A DNA stretch of 64,000 bases from a virus: positions 31,912 to 95,911 of IMG/VR virus record IMGVR_UViG_3300050120_000309, one strand, 5' to 3'. Position numbers and translations under genes: made by a program. Below, one piece after another: positions 47,947 through 57,698 of this stretch (its first letter is position 1; every line of letters starts with the position of its first letter). The notes beneath the pieces are model-generated. The model ran no database searches and had not been told where the DNA came from. It saw only the letters and a list, made by a program, of their open reading frames with translations.

Positions 47947-48397
47947 GCCGTTCAAGTTCGAGATCGATCGCTCCTTATGGTACCGAGGTAACGGTACCTC
48001 CAGACTCAAGATGAAGGACACAGAGCAATACTGCTGTCTTGGCCTGGCATGCCTCACTCAGAACTACACGCCAGCTGAGATTGAGGGACGGCAAACTCCT
48101 GCCTCTCTCATTAATGCCCCGGGACTGGACCGCTTTCTGGGTCCATTCACGTTCACTGTGGAAGCTCGTGCGTCCGGGTACACCGCTGTCTCATCGCGGG
48201 ATGCCACCGACCTCATGTCTCTCAATGACACAGTTATTGGTTCGGAAGCGAGCTTTTGGAAGAAGTGGACAGGTGCTGAACCTTGCACTTCGAACTCAAC
48301 CATCCACACTGCGGTCATCAAGACAGAAGAGCAGCGTGAAGCTCTTATTACAGAGATCTTCGCTGCAAACAGCATCGAGGTGACCTTTGCAAACTGA
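47939..48397 (+). CDS. Hypothetical protein, paralog of 48387-48794
   Basis: DR..W.RG...CC.G.AC...ND...RE.LI motif shared; GGAGG RBS before TTG 47939. Confidence 0.65.
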   Translation: MAEPFKFEIDRSLWYRGNGTSRLKMKDTEQYCCLGLACLTQNYTPAEIEGRQTPASLINAPGLDRFLGPFTFTVEARASGYTAVSSRDATDLMSLNDTVIGSEASFWKKWTGAEPCTSNSTIHTAVIKTEEQREALITEIFAANSIEVTFAN

Positions 48398-48794
48398 AGC
48401 CCTCGAAGTTGTTGTTGATCGCACGCGCTGGGCACGCGGGGTGCCCGGCAGCCTGTTGCTCAGTTCTATAACAGGAAAGTGTTGCATCCTCGGATTCGCC
48501 TGCCTCTCGGCCGGCGCCACCGAGGAGCAGATAGAGGGTATCGGAACTGTGGATGAGCTGGTTCGTCATCGCAAGTTCAAGTATGCCGCCCTCGGCGCCA
48601 TGGGATTTGCCATGAATAATGCATCCTGGGAGCAGAAGACGACTGACGAAGCCGCGATGATTATGCGTTTCAATGATCAACGTCTCGGCACCAATTTCGC
48701 CGAGTGTAATGGTCTGTTCACAGAGGCCGATCGGGAGCTAATCATCTCTGATTTGCTGGCAAAGCAGAAGATCGCAGTGACGTATATCAACTAG
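48387..48794 (+). CDS. Hypothetical protein, paralog of 47939-48397
   Basis: VDRTRWARG...CCILGFAC...ND...RELI. Confidence 0.65.
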   Translation: MQTEALEVVVDRTRWARGVPGSLLLSSITGKCCILGFACLSAGATEEQIEGIGTVDELVRHRKFKYAALGAMGFAMNNASWEQKTTDEAAMIMRFNDQRLGTNFAECNGLFTEADRELIISDLLAKQKIAVTYIN

Positions 48795-48803
48795 CTTTGG
48801 CTC
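48795..48803 (+). promoter_or_regulatory. CTTTGGCTC promoter-like box
   Basis: Exact copy immediately after a stop codon, upstream of the 48847 start. Confidence 0.7.
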
Positions 48804-48846
48804 CAGTGGGGAATCTCGTACAAGCAAAGTAGGAGATCTCCCCGCT

Positions 48847-49800
48847 GTGCCTATTCACCCCGAAAAGCTCTACGTCATCGCCGTCATCTCGAACCCCCGC
48901 CGTTACCAGTCCCGCTACGCGCTCTATCGTTCATTCGAGAAGTATGTACAGGACTCAGGTGCAACGCTCTACACCGTTGAAGCTGCCTTCGGTGAGCGTG
49001 ACCATGAAGTCACAAGCAGCGACAATCCTTTCCATATCCAGGTCCGTAATGGACACGAGATTTGGCAAAAGGAATCGATGGCAAACATTGCCCTCTCTCG
49101 TCTCCCCAAGGAAGCCAAGTACATTGCGCTCGTCGATGCTGATGTTCGCTTTGAACGGGAAGACTGGGCAGAGGAAACCATTCACCAGCTGCAGCACCAC
49201 ACCGTCGTGCAGATGTTCTCACACGCGATCGACCTCGGCCCTAGCTCTGAAGTAATTCAGAACCATGCAGGCTTTGGCTTCTGTTTCCGTCACGGACACA
49301 AGCGGGAGAACATGGGTAAGTATGGCCCGTTCTGGCATCCCGGCTTTGCCTGGGCATACCGTCGTGAAGCACTCGATGCCGTCGGCGGATTCATAGACAC
49401 CGCTATCCTGGGTGCAGGTGATCATCACATGGCCTTGTCCCTCATTGGTAGCGCTGACGTGTCCTTCCCAGGCGGTATCACCGACTCCTACAAGAAACCC
49501 ATCCTGCGCTGGCAAGAACGCGCTCGTGGGGCCTTCCAGGCGAATGTAGGCTATGTTCCCGGGCTTCTGCGCCATCAGTTCCATGGTTCCAAGGCTGGCC
49601 GTCAGTATGAGAGCCGCTGGAAGATCCTGACTGAGGAGCAGTTCAACCCTGAGACGGATATCGTGAAGGATCTGCAGGGCCTGTGGCGCCTGGCTGGCAA
49701 CAAGCCTCGACTCCGCGATAGGCTCATGTCCTATTTCGCGAGCCGCAACGAGGACAACATCGGTGTCGAACCGTTCTTCGGCGATAGGTACAAGCACTAA
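48847..49800 (+). CDS. GT-A fold glycosyltransferase-like protein
   Basis: WQKE..AN, VDADV (DxD), GFAWAYRR.AL..VGG, GAGD and H.FHG motifs. Confidence 0.65.
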   Translation: MPIHPEKLYVIAVISNPRRYQSRYALYRSFEKYVQDSGATLYTVEAAFGERDHEVTSSDNPFHIQVRNGHEIWQKESMANIALSRLPKEAKYIALVDADVRFEREDWAEETIHQLQHHTVVQMFSHAIDLGPSSEVIQNHAGFGFCFRHGHKRENMGKYGPFWHPGFAWAYRREALDAVGGFIDTAILGAGDHHMALSLIGSADVSFPGGITDSYKKPILRWQERARGAFQANVGYVPGLLRHQFHGSKAGRQYESRWKILTEEQFNPETDIVKDLQGLWRLAGNKPRLRDRLMSYFASRNEDNIGVEPFFGDRYKH

Positions 49801-49820
49801 AGCTCAGCTCGAGCCATACA

Positions 49821-49844
49821 CCCTCCCTAACCGGAGGGCGTTTT
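49821..49844 (+). terminator. Hairpin with CTAACC loop
   Basis: CCCTCC-CTAACC-GGAGGG-CGTTTT. Confidence 0.65.
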
Positions 49845-49887
49845 GCTTTGTCTACACATAATTACTGATGGTTGGGCCGAGGAGAGC

Positions 49888-51504
49888 ATGGGATTCTTGC
49901 GAGTAGTGACACACGCTCTTGCACTCACGGCGATCGATAGAATCCATGATCTCTCTACGATCCTCACCAATCAGAAGAGTGTGAAGCTTCCCACTCTTCG
50001 ACGTATCAACACATCCAGTCCCTGGCTGACCTCTAAGTTCTGGTCCAGCAAGACTGTTGATGGAGCAGTCCTATTTGGTAGAGCTGAACGCTCTGGTGCG
50101 AAATATGCACTACCCAAGGGATTGCCCAAGGCCGGCGAGAAGACGCTGGCCATCGAGAACGAGCCCCATACGGTCGATGCCTTCTCAGGTGTGATCGAAT
50201 CGGGCTACGGCAAAGGCGTGAAGACCTTGCTTGCAGACGAAACCGTCGTGCTCAAGATCAAAGGCAAGTCTGTTCTAACCCGAATGAACTATCACGTCCA
50301 CGATGCAGATGTTGCCGGTCTGCATTACGACCTTGTTGTCGAAGGTCTGCCCGAAGGAACCCGTCAGTTTGAACTGAACATCCCTCGTGGCGAATACAAG
50401 GGGCGATATGCCTTTGTCACTACTGGCAAAGGCATGATCGTTGTCCCCATGAAAGATCGCAGCATCGTGCTGCCGAAGCCTGATTACAAGCTCAAGACCG
50501 AAGACTGGCTACGCGATGTCGTAGCCGCCAACCCACAGGACTATGTAATTGAGAGGAAAGTAGATGGCTCTTTGGGAAATGTTGTCATCGAAGGCGAGCG
50601 AGCATACTTCCGTTCGCACCGTGAGGGTGGAGAAGCGTACGTGGATAAGCTTCCCGGTCTCGAGTTCCTTTCCAACCGTAGTCCGTTCAAGGTTCTTAGA
50701 TCTTTAGAGCCAGCACCTAAACTGAGCGGCACCATCCTCAAGGGCGAACTCCTCCATGCGGATGGTGTCTCTCGTGTCAGTGGCATCCTCAACTCCCATC
50801 CAGAGCGAGCGCAGGCCATGCAGGCCAAGCGTGGCAATGTCTGGTTCGAGGCCTGGGATGTCGTCAAGATCAAAGGGAAAGATGTAAGCCACCTACCCGC
50901 TGCCGAGCGACGTGTGTTGCTCGACGAGGTGATAGGTGACATACGAAGGTTCAATCAGAACTGGAAGACCGTCGACCATTACAAGGGTAACGATCCTGTT
51001 GGTTTCTATCATGATGTTATCGGTGATGATCGCGGCCTACCTTACTCAGAAGGCATCGTCGTCAAGTCCGCCTCCGGAGTGTCAGGTGAACCCTGGTTCA
51101 AGATCAAGAACCGGGACTTCGAGGACTTTGTTGTACTAGACATCCTGCCATCGAAAGGAATCAAGTATGCCACTTCAATGGCCGTTCTGGTGGTCCAAGA
51201 TCCAATCACAGGAGGCATCGGAGAAGTTGGAAGCTTTGCTATTCCTGATGCCCAAAGACAATGGATCTGGGACCATCGAACCGACCTTATCGGAGCGGTT
51301 GCGAAAGTATCTGTAATGGAGAAGACAGCATCTGGAGCACCCCGAGCTGGGGTGTTTCACGGATGGCATGGTGATCCTCGTTACGGTGGAATGGGAACAG
51401 AAATGTCGCTGGCCATGTACTCAGAGAGTCTGGCCGGCGGCGATCCCGCAGAAGCGCAGCGCATGTTGTATCGATTGAAGAGTTCAGCTGGTTGGAAACG
51501 CTAA
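49888..51504 (+). CDS. ATP-dependent DNA ligase with N-terminal LigD-type 3'-phosphoesterase elements
   Basis: Motif I ERKVDG, III KGELL, IIIa FEAWDV, IV EGIVVK, V WFKIK, then an OB domain; N-terminal ALPKG..LAIENEPH..GYGKG and LHYDL. Confidence 0.85.
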   Translation: MGFLRVVTHALALTAIDRIHDLSTILTNQKSVKLPTLRRINTSSPWLTSKFWSSKTVDGAVLFGRAERSGAKYALPKGLPKAGEKTLAIENEPHTVDAFSGVIESGYGKGVKTLLADETVVLKIKGKSVLTRMNYHVHDADVAGLHYDLVVEGLPEGTRQFELNIPRGEYKGRYAFVTTGKGMIVVPMKDRSIVLPKPDYKLKTEDWLRDVVAANPQDYVIERKVDGSLGNVVIEGERAYFRSHREGGEAYVDKLPGLEFLSNRSPFKVLRSLEPAPKLSGTILKGELLHADGVSRVSGILNSHPERAQAMQAKRGNVWFEAWDVVKIKGKDVSHLPAAERRVLLDEVIGDIRRFNQNWKTVDHYKGNDPVGFYHDVIGDDRGLPYSEGIVVKSASGVSGEPWFKIKNRDFEDFVVLDILPSKGIKYATSMAVLVVQDPITGGIGEVGSFAIPDAQRQWIWDHRTDLIGAVAKVSVMEKTASGAPRAGVFHGWHGDPRYGGMGTEMSLAMYSESLAGGDPAEAQRMLYRLKSSAGWKR

Positions 51505-51533
51505 CCGAATCACTACTGAAGTTGAGGTAACAG

Positions 51534-52160
51534 TTGTCATATCAAATCGAATTCACTAGCGCGATCTCACTTCATAAGGATAAACGGGATCCGCTTGACG
51601 AGTGGGCAGCGGAGTCCTTTTTCCCAGCAATTCATGGTGTGATCAAGGCAACGGACAAACACGGGGAATACTTCGAGATAGGTACCATCGATGCGCTTTA
51701 CCTCGATGTTTATCGGGCTATGAGTGTAGGTATCGATCTCCTCAACACCGCCGATATTGTGAGTTCAGAGCTGTCGGACCTAGTCGTGGATTTCTATGAT
51801 CAGCAATACTATCGATTCAATCCGTATGTTGAGGGCATGCTTGAGCCTGCGCATCTGAATCTGCTCTCAGTTGAGAAGATCAAGATCGATGAAAAGTACC
51901 GCGGGAAAGGTATTGGCCTAGCGGCCATACAAAGGCTCATTGACCTCCATAGTGCGAACTGTGGACTAGTCTGTTTGCGGCCGTTTCCTCTTCAATACTC
52001 CGGTAAAGTAGCTGACTTTGATCCCGAAGTCGTTGCTGCCGATACCAACAAGCTGTCGTGTTATTACACCAAGGCAGGATTCGCTCCATTTGTGGGCTCG
52101 AATTATATGGTGCTTGATCCAACCTTCAAATCTAAACCGGTTCTGCTTAGGAATCGATAG
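51534..52160 (+). CDS. GNAT-like protein
   Basis: IDEKYRGKGIG and L..YY...GF motifs. Confidence 0.6.
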   Translation: MSYQIEFTSAISLHKDKRDPLDEWAAESFFPAIHGVIKATDKHGEYFEIGTIDALYLDVYRAMSVGIDLLNTADIVSSELSDLVVDFYDQQYYRFNPYVEGMLEPAHLNLLSVEKIKIDEKYRGKGIGLAAIQRLIDLHSANCGLVCLRPFPLQYSGKVADFDPEVVAADTNKLSCYYTKAGFAPFVGSNYMVLDPTFKSKPVLLRNR

Positions 52161-52185
52161 TTCAACAGTCATGAAAGGAAACACC

Positions 52186-53115
52186 TTGAATCAGACCGAA
52201 ACACAAGCAGACAATATCCAAGCTCTCACTGCGCAGCTCACGAGCGACGCCCTGGCAACCTGGAGCGACGACAAGCGCAAGCTGTTCACCGATACCTTCG
52301 ATGCACGTATCCGTACCGCGCGCTACATCCTGATCAAGACAGCCGCGCATGTTGCCTATAAGGGCAAAGAGAAGCATTTCATCTCTGACAAGCACCTGAA
52401 CGCTCTGCCGAAGTATTGGAATCATACAGGCGACGAGCTCAATGACAAGAACACCACGGGCAGCTACCATAGCAATCACACTATCGGCGGTCGCCCAACA
52501 CCCGAGCTGGATCTTATTGCCGTCGACCGCGCAATGGAGATCATCAACACACTGCCCCAGCTGAATGAAGCTGTTCGCATCATCAGCCCAGAGGTCAGTG
52601 CCATGATCGAGAAGCGGAGCAAGCTTCTGGCCAAAGGCAAGCTACTGCTCACTGAGGCTGAAAGTCTTGCTGGTCATCTCGACATGGAGGACTTCGATCA
52701 GAACATGACGATCGCTGCCTTCCGTGCCTCCATCAAGGATCGCGAGAAGAAGCGCACGTCTCTCTTGAACAAGCTCGACGACATCGGTGCTGAAGGTGGA
52801 CAGCTCGACAGCAGGATCAACAAGTTCCTGTACAACGGTCTGCCTGGTCTCTCTGAGGCTGTTATCAAAGTCATCAGCGATTATGTCGATCGCGCAGCAG
52901 CATTCTCCGGTCTCAATCGCCGTGTCGCGGAGCAGGTTCAGTTCGGTGATTCGGATGCAGCTCTTGAGTTACTGAAGGGATTTGAGCAGGATGAGGTCAA
53001 GGTATCGACCGACGTCAAGGCTCAGTTCGATGCAGCGCTTGAGGTGCTGAAGCTGGCTGGCAAGAAGAAGCTAGGCACCGGAAGCAAACAGAAACTCCTC
53101 ACACGAAAGGCCTAA
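52186..53115 (+). CDS. Coiled-coil hypothetical protein
   Basis: About 310 aa, helical; AAGGA RBS before TTG 52186. Confidence 0.65.
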   Translation: MNQTETQADNIQALTAQLTSDALATWSDDKRKLFTDTFDARIRTARYILIKTAAHVAYKGKEKHFISDKHLNALPKYWNHTGDELNDKNTTGSYHSNHTIGGRPTPELDLIAVDRAMEIINTLPQLNEAVRIISPEVSAMIEKRSKLLAKGKLLLTEAESLAGHLDMEDFDQNMTIAAFRASIKDREKKRTSLLNKLDDIGAEGGQLDSRINKFLYNGLPGLSEAVIKVISDYVDRAAAFSGLNRRVAEQVQFGDSDAALELLKGFEQDEVKVSTDVKAQFDAALEVLKLAGKKKLGTGSKQKLLTRKA

Positions 53116-53116
53116 C

Positions 53117-53638
53117 GTGTCTCATCAGCCGCAAGATGTAACTCTGACCCTGTTGAAGAACGGGTCAATGCGTACCGGGGTGCTGCATACGAGGAGCACC
53201 CCGTTCAATACCTTCGTGGCTGCTGTTGAGCCCGAATTCGCTCGGGAGATGCATGCATGGCCGGGCTATAAGGGTAGAGACGATGAGGACGAGGACGTCC
53301 GCGAGAAGTCTCAGGCAGCTCATTTCACCACCAACAAACGCCTGGGTAAGTATCACTTCGGCTTTGGATTCTTTCAGAACTACTCTTGGAATCGAAGAAG
53401 TCTGATCCAGCAATTCTGTGACGCAGGATGCAGCAATAGGGGATTCACAGAAGAGGAAATCGTAGCTTACATTCTGGAGAAGAATCCGTTGATCCAGATA
53501 TCCAAACCGGATATGTACGATGGCGCAACTACGTATACACAAGGTTCTTTCGATCGAAGTAAAGCCGGCTGGGATTATCACTTCGGCAGAACCGATGTGG
53601 TTGTTTCCAAAGGCCCCAAAGCAAAGTTAGTCGACTGA
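53117..53638 (+). CDS. Hypothetical protein
   Basis: 173 aa directly after the preceding gene. Confidence 0.6.
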   Translation: MSHQPQDVTLTLLKNGSMRTGVLHTRSTPFNTFVAAVEPEFAREMHAWPGYKGRDDEDEDVREKSQAAHFTTNKRLGKYHFGFGFFQNYSWNRRSLIQQFCDAGCSNRGFTEEEIVAYILEKNPLIQISKPDMYDGATTYTQGSFDRSKAGWDYHFGRTDVVVSKGPKAKLVD

Positions 53639-53805
53639 AACCAGCACGGAGAAACCTTGACTATTATTACTCTCGCAATCATGTTGTTCGGTACCCCAAT
53701 CATTCCGGCGCCTAAGCCAGTCCCAACCGTCATTCATCTGCCTACTCTTCCATCGCCAACAGCACCTCGGAAACCTGTTCGAGTTGATCTGGGTCGGAAG
53801 AACGC

Positions 53806-54180
53806 ATGAACAGTCGTCCTGAGGTGCCTGTAGTGAAAGCCACATCTCCCTGGCCGCGGTGCGATTGGAACATCGCCAAGGACGAACCGCGGGAACCAGG
53901 CGCTACCGTTCAAATGGGCGACTGCATGAACATGGTCAGTCGCTCTTTTGGAACTCGCCGGCCATACTTCAGAGCTTGCGAGACCTGTAGTACTTTGTCC
54001 CGACGTCTCCGACGCTTCATGAAGAGTGAACGACGTGTTGAGAGCTACAGCTACCACGTCTATGACCTCGGAGTGTTGACCGAGATTCGAGAATTGCCTC
54101 GCCCGGAAGCTGCCATCATTGCTGAATGCAAGGCTGGCAACTTTGGATATAGACCTGGATATGGCTGGGAGGAACAGTGA
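53806..54180 (+). CDS. Hypothetical protein
   Basis: 124 aa with several Cys. Confidence 0.5.
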   Translation: MNSRPEVPVVKATSPWPRCDWNIAKDEPREPGATVQMGDCMNMVSRSFGTRRPYFRACETCSTLSRRLRRFMKSERRVESYSYHVYDLGVLTEIRELPRPEAAIIAECKAGNFGYRPGYGWEEQ

Positions 54181-54623
54181 TCGATCTGCTGGCAATGCTT
54201 CTGATCTTGGGATGTCTGTCCCTTTGGACAGTCATCCTCGTGCTGCTGGCGGGTCTTTTATATGCCATGACCAATCTGTTTCCTCGTAAAGAGATTGGCT
54301 GGGAAGAAATCGGGGAGAAATTCACTCGCTTCTCTCTTCTCAAAACTCCATGGCTCAATATATATCTCCACAAACTCGATGCTCCCAGCTGGCACCCGGA
54401 GTGCCATGATCATCCCTGGAACTTTGTGGCTTTCCTCATCTGGAATGGCTACCTGGAACGCATCGGGGATATCGACTATCGCCGGCGGCCAGGAACTTTC
54501 CTCTATCGGCCTGCGGAGTTTGCTCACAATGTGATCACGCCATACGGTACCTCTTGGTCAATCATCTTCACCACTTCCAAGAAGCGGGAGTGGGGATTCA
54601 AAGCTTGTCAACTGGAGGGATAG
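54177..54623 (+). CDS. Cupin-fold protein with N-terminal TM helix
   Basis: YLH..HDHPW.F...GY.E...H.V pattern. Confidence 0.65.
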   Translation: MIDLLAMLLILGCLSLWTVILVLLAGLLYAMTNLFPRKEIGWEEIGEKFTRFSLLKTPWLNIYLHKLDAPSWHPECHDHPWNFVAFLIWNGYLERIGDIDYRRRPGTFLYRPAEFAHNVITPYGTSWSIIFTTSKKREWGFKACQLEG

Positions 54624-55019
54624 TTGGACGACTTCGTATACATCGAAGAGATCTCTGGAACGACAGGTGGGTTAGACAAAGCAGCCAACCTATTCAAGGA
54701 CATGAACGATGCGCTGAGTACGACACTGCTGCCTCTCTTGTTCAACGGCAACATCGACGAGCTCCAAGCTTTCGATGCCGACTGCAACAATTGCAAGTAC
54801 CTCCAGCGTGTTCCCTTCGATCGCATCAAGCACCCTCCTGGAATTTGGGGTATGCCCGGCATCTGTGGTCAGTTCAATCGTCCGGTTTCAGCTTTTGGGC
54901 CTGGCTTGTTCTCAGGTCATCCCTGTTTTGTCCATCGTAAGACTGGCAGACTATCTGCTCATGTCGATAAGCCACCTTTTCACCGACGCTTCTACGACGG
55001 CCAGGAGAACCAACTGTGA
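54624..55019 (+). CDS. Cys-rich hypothetical protein
   Basis: CNNCKYL...G.C...CF.HR. Confidence 0.55.
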   Translation: MDDFVYIEEISGTTGGLDKAANLFKDMNDALSTTLLPLLFNGNIDELQAFDADCNNCKYLQRVPFDRIKHPPGIWGMPGICGQFNRPVSAFGPGLFSGHPCFVHRKTGRLSAHVDKPPFHRRFYDGQENQL

Positions 55020-55456
55020 GCACCATTACATTCGATCGAAATACCCGCGTGGTAAATCGTCGTGTTGAACTCGAGACCAAGTACATCGGCCGTGGATCTG
55101 ACTGGGGCAACCCGTTCACCAGCATCAAGGGTAGGGATACCAAGGCCGAGTTCGTCGTAGGCACGCGCGATCAGTCGGTCTCTGCCTACAGGGAATATCT
55201 CCTTCGATCTCCTGTCCTGCTTCATCGGTTACTTGAACTGAATGGTCATAAACTGGGCTGCTTTTGCAAGCCCCAGTCCTGCCATGGAGACATTTTACGA
55301 TGGGCTCTGCGCGGCATGATCAAGATGTATCAGGTGCGCGCTGTGCCTGATGGCTTCTTCGATTGGAAAGATCAGACCAATGTAGAGGACCTGGTGTCCT
55401 TTGCAGATTCGGAGGAGCGACGTGGTTTACACATCGGCACCGACTGCGGGCTATAA
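55016..55456 (+). CDS. DUF4326-family protein
   Basis: YIGRGS.WGNPF...L.G..LGCFC.P..CHGD.L signature. Confidence 0.85.
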   Translation: MSTITFDRNTRVVNRRVELETKYIGRGSDWGNPFTSIKGRDTKAEFVVGTRDQSVSAYREYLLRSPVLLHRLLELNGHKLGCFCKPQSCHGDILRWALRGMIKMYQVRAVPDGFFDWKDQTNVEDLVSFADSEERRGLHIGTDCGL

Positions 55457-55760
55457 GACCATCGAGGACGAGTTCGAAGCCAGTCTTCGGCGAGCATTTC
55501 TTGGGGACAGGCTATCTCCCGGCGCATTCATCGTTGTCTACGATCGTCGTCAGACGTTCCGCCTAGAAGGAATGGGCTATGGCGAAGCGATGGGCTGGCT
55601 TCGTGTGGAACTGGTAGAGCTGGATGAACAGTCCAGTGAATATTGTGGCTATTTGACCGAGGCAGGTCGCACTCATTTCTCTCAACCGAAGACAGCAGAG
55701 TCTGTTGTCGTACAACGCAATCCTGACTTCATGGATCGCCTCCAGGGTTCTGTTATGTAG
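55401..55760 (+). CDS. Hypothetical protein ending in PDFMDRLQG
   Basis: Coupled ORF; start may be slightly downstream. Confidence 0.55.
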   Translation: MQIRRSDVVYTSAPTAGYKTIEDEFEASLRRAFLGDRLSPGAFIVVYDRRQTFRLEGMGYGEAMGWLRVELVELDEQSSEYCGYLTEAGRTHFSQPKTAESVVVQRNPDFMDRLQGSVM

Positions 55761-55972
55761 AGGTGAGATGAGAAGGAATAGACGGTCTAAGACCACACGG
55801 TCTCAGTGGATCAACCTATTGTCGAGAGTACCTGTTGGCAATAGCCTGATTGTAGTTCTAGTATTCCTTCTCTTATTGTGGCTAGTCTTTCCATTCTGGA
55901 GTGTCCTCCTCTTTGTAGCAGGTCCCTTCTGCTATGCGGTCTATGTCTTCTTCAGAGCCCCAAAAGGATGAC

Positions 55973-56296
55973 ATGCCGAAACCACCAGAGATCAGTACGG
56001 TCACTCTTGAGAAGCTAAGGATCATTCATCAGCGGCTCGAGTTCGAAGACGCGATGGACGAATTTGAAGTGCCAGCTGACAAAGGTTGGCTCGGCAAAGT
56101 AATGCATGCTGTAGAGACGGAGTCATTGACGAGAGGACTCATCGAGGAATTCGGTTCGCCTCAACAGTTTCTCCACGCTCTTACAACATTCTTGATCAAC
56201 AAGAAGCTCATCACCAAACCACCAGCGTTCAAGCGGCCCGCTGCTCCTCGAGCACCGGACTTCATGGATAGAATGCAGGGCCATGTTGCTGAATAA
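55973..56296 (+). CDS. Hypothetical protein ending in PDFMDRMQG
   Basis: AAGGA RBS before ATG 55973. Confidence 0.6.
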   Translation: MPKPPEISTVTLEKLRIIHQRLEFEDAMDEFEVPADKGWLGKVMHAVETESLTRGLIEEFGSPQQFLHALTTFLINKKLITKPPAFKRPAAPRAPDFMDRMQGHVAE

Positions 56297-56948
56297 GCAA
56301 GAGATCTTACAACCACATCTTCTCCCTCAAGTTACGGACCGCATTGAATCAGGTCCGCTGCAATTCGGAGAAGACTGGCCAGGACTTTACCTCCGCGGCG
56401 ACAGTGCATTGGGTTATGCCCAGAGCCTAAGCGCAGCGTTGGATAAGAACAGGCTCAATTCGGTTGATCGTATTGTCTTACAGGGATTGCTCGAGGAATT
56501 GCAATCCTGCCAATCGCTTCGCAATGGAACGCGTGAAGTGCTTGGTTTACCGGAACAGCTGACTCGCGCTGAGCTCCTCAAAGAGCGCGCGGAGCTGCAA
56601 GTACACCTCAGATACATCGCCATCGATGGTCGTCAGTTCCCAGATAACGAATCTCCTTTTCTATGGGTATTCAACCATGAGAAAGACATTCGCTGGCAGG
56701 AAACTCAGCGCCTCAAGTCTGCCGTGCGGGCCACGAATACGGTCAGCGAGTTTATGCAGCTTGCAGCTGATTATCCAGAAGCAGCGAAGGAAACATTACA
56801 GCAACTATGGCTCGACGATCCCACTGGAATGCGGGACATGATCGACCATCTCGAAGCAGTAGGAGTATTTCATGGAGTCAACAACGGAACTGACAGCGCC
56901 GATCGGCGTCTTGAAGCCGCCACCAGCTCCACAGACGAATCCCTATGA
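56283..56948 (+). CDS. Hypothetical protein
   Basis: 221 aa; RIESGPLQFGEDWPGLYLRGD N-terminal motif. Confidence 0.6.
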   Translation: MLLNKQEILQPHLLPQVTDRIESGPLQFGEDWPGLYLRGDSALGYAQSLSAALDKNRLNSVDRIVLQGLLEELQSCQSLRNGTREVLGLPEQLTRAELLKERAELQVHLRYIAIDGRQFPDNESPFLWVFNHEKDIRWQETQRLKSAVRATNTVSEFMQLAADYPEAAKETLQQLWLDDPTGMRDMIDHLEAVGVFHGVNNGTDSADRRLEAATSSTDESL

Positions 56949-57038
56949 GACTCGATGTGGTTGCGGGAACATAATGTTCTTCACCAAACCTTTGACAGAT
57001 TGGACTGCCACGTTTTGTGGGAGATGTGAATCCACAGT

Positions 57039-57698
57039 ATGGGTACGCTAATCGGCACCTGGTTTCTCTATGCAGCAACCATCATCATGGCGGTTCTTCC
57101 GCCGGCAACCCTGGAGGGAATTCCTGAGCAATTGGGACGGAATTCCTTCTTCTATAGATATACCGCGACTGATCCATCCTTCATGCCCTCTACGTTGATC
57201 TTCGGACCATGGGAGCCAATGGGGTACGCACAGTTCGGCGCGCTGCAGAGGCCAGCGAGGGTACGAATCGGTATTGTGTGTCCTGGCAAGGTCATGGAAT
57301 GCCTGCCGGATGTGGTTTACTTCGAGGCCGAAGTCTACACCTATGAGCCCGAGTATTTGTATCACACCACGAACCTGAATCTTGATTCTGGCGACAGGGT
57401 AGTAGAACCCTTTGGCGGAACACACTCCGTGACCGATCGTGTGTTTTGGACGAAGAACTTGCCCAAGAATTGGATGCCCGGCAGCAACACCGCTCCTCAG
57501 CTTCCCATTCTCAAGTACACCTCTGGGGGTGAGTTTGTCACTGCTGATTTCAGCAGAATGCTGACGAATCCAGACACCTCTATACATCTTGGGGAATGGA
57601 CCATTCGCACACCTACCAGTCTCAGTACGGATCTTCACGATCTCATCTATTACGCACCATCAGCCCCCAAGGTAACCCATAGGCATGGCAGAAAATGA
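57039..57698 (+). CDS. Putative exported protein
   Basis: N-terminal hydrophobic segment; 219 aa. Confidence 0.5.
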   Translation: MGTLIGTWFLYAATIIMAVLPPATLEGIPEQLGRNSFFYRYTATDPSFMPSTLIFGPWEPMGYAQFGALQRPARVRIGIVCPGKVMECLPDVVYFEAEVYTYEPEYLYHTTNLNLDSGDRVVEPFGGTHSVTDRVFWTKNLPKNWMPGSNTAPQLPILKYTSGGEFVTADFSRMLTNPDTSIHLGEWTIRTPTSLSTDLHDLIYYAPSAPKVTHRHGRK

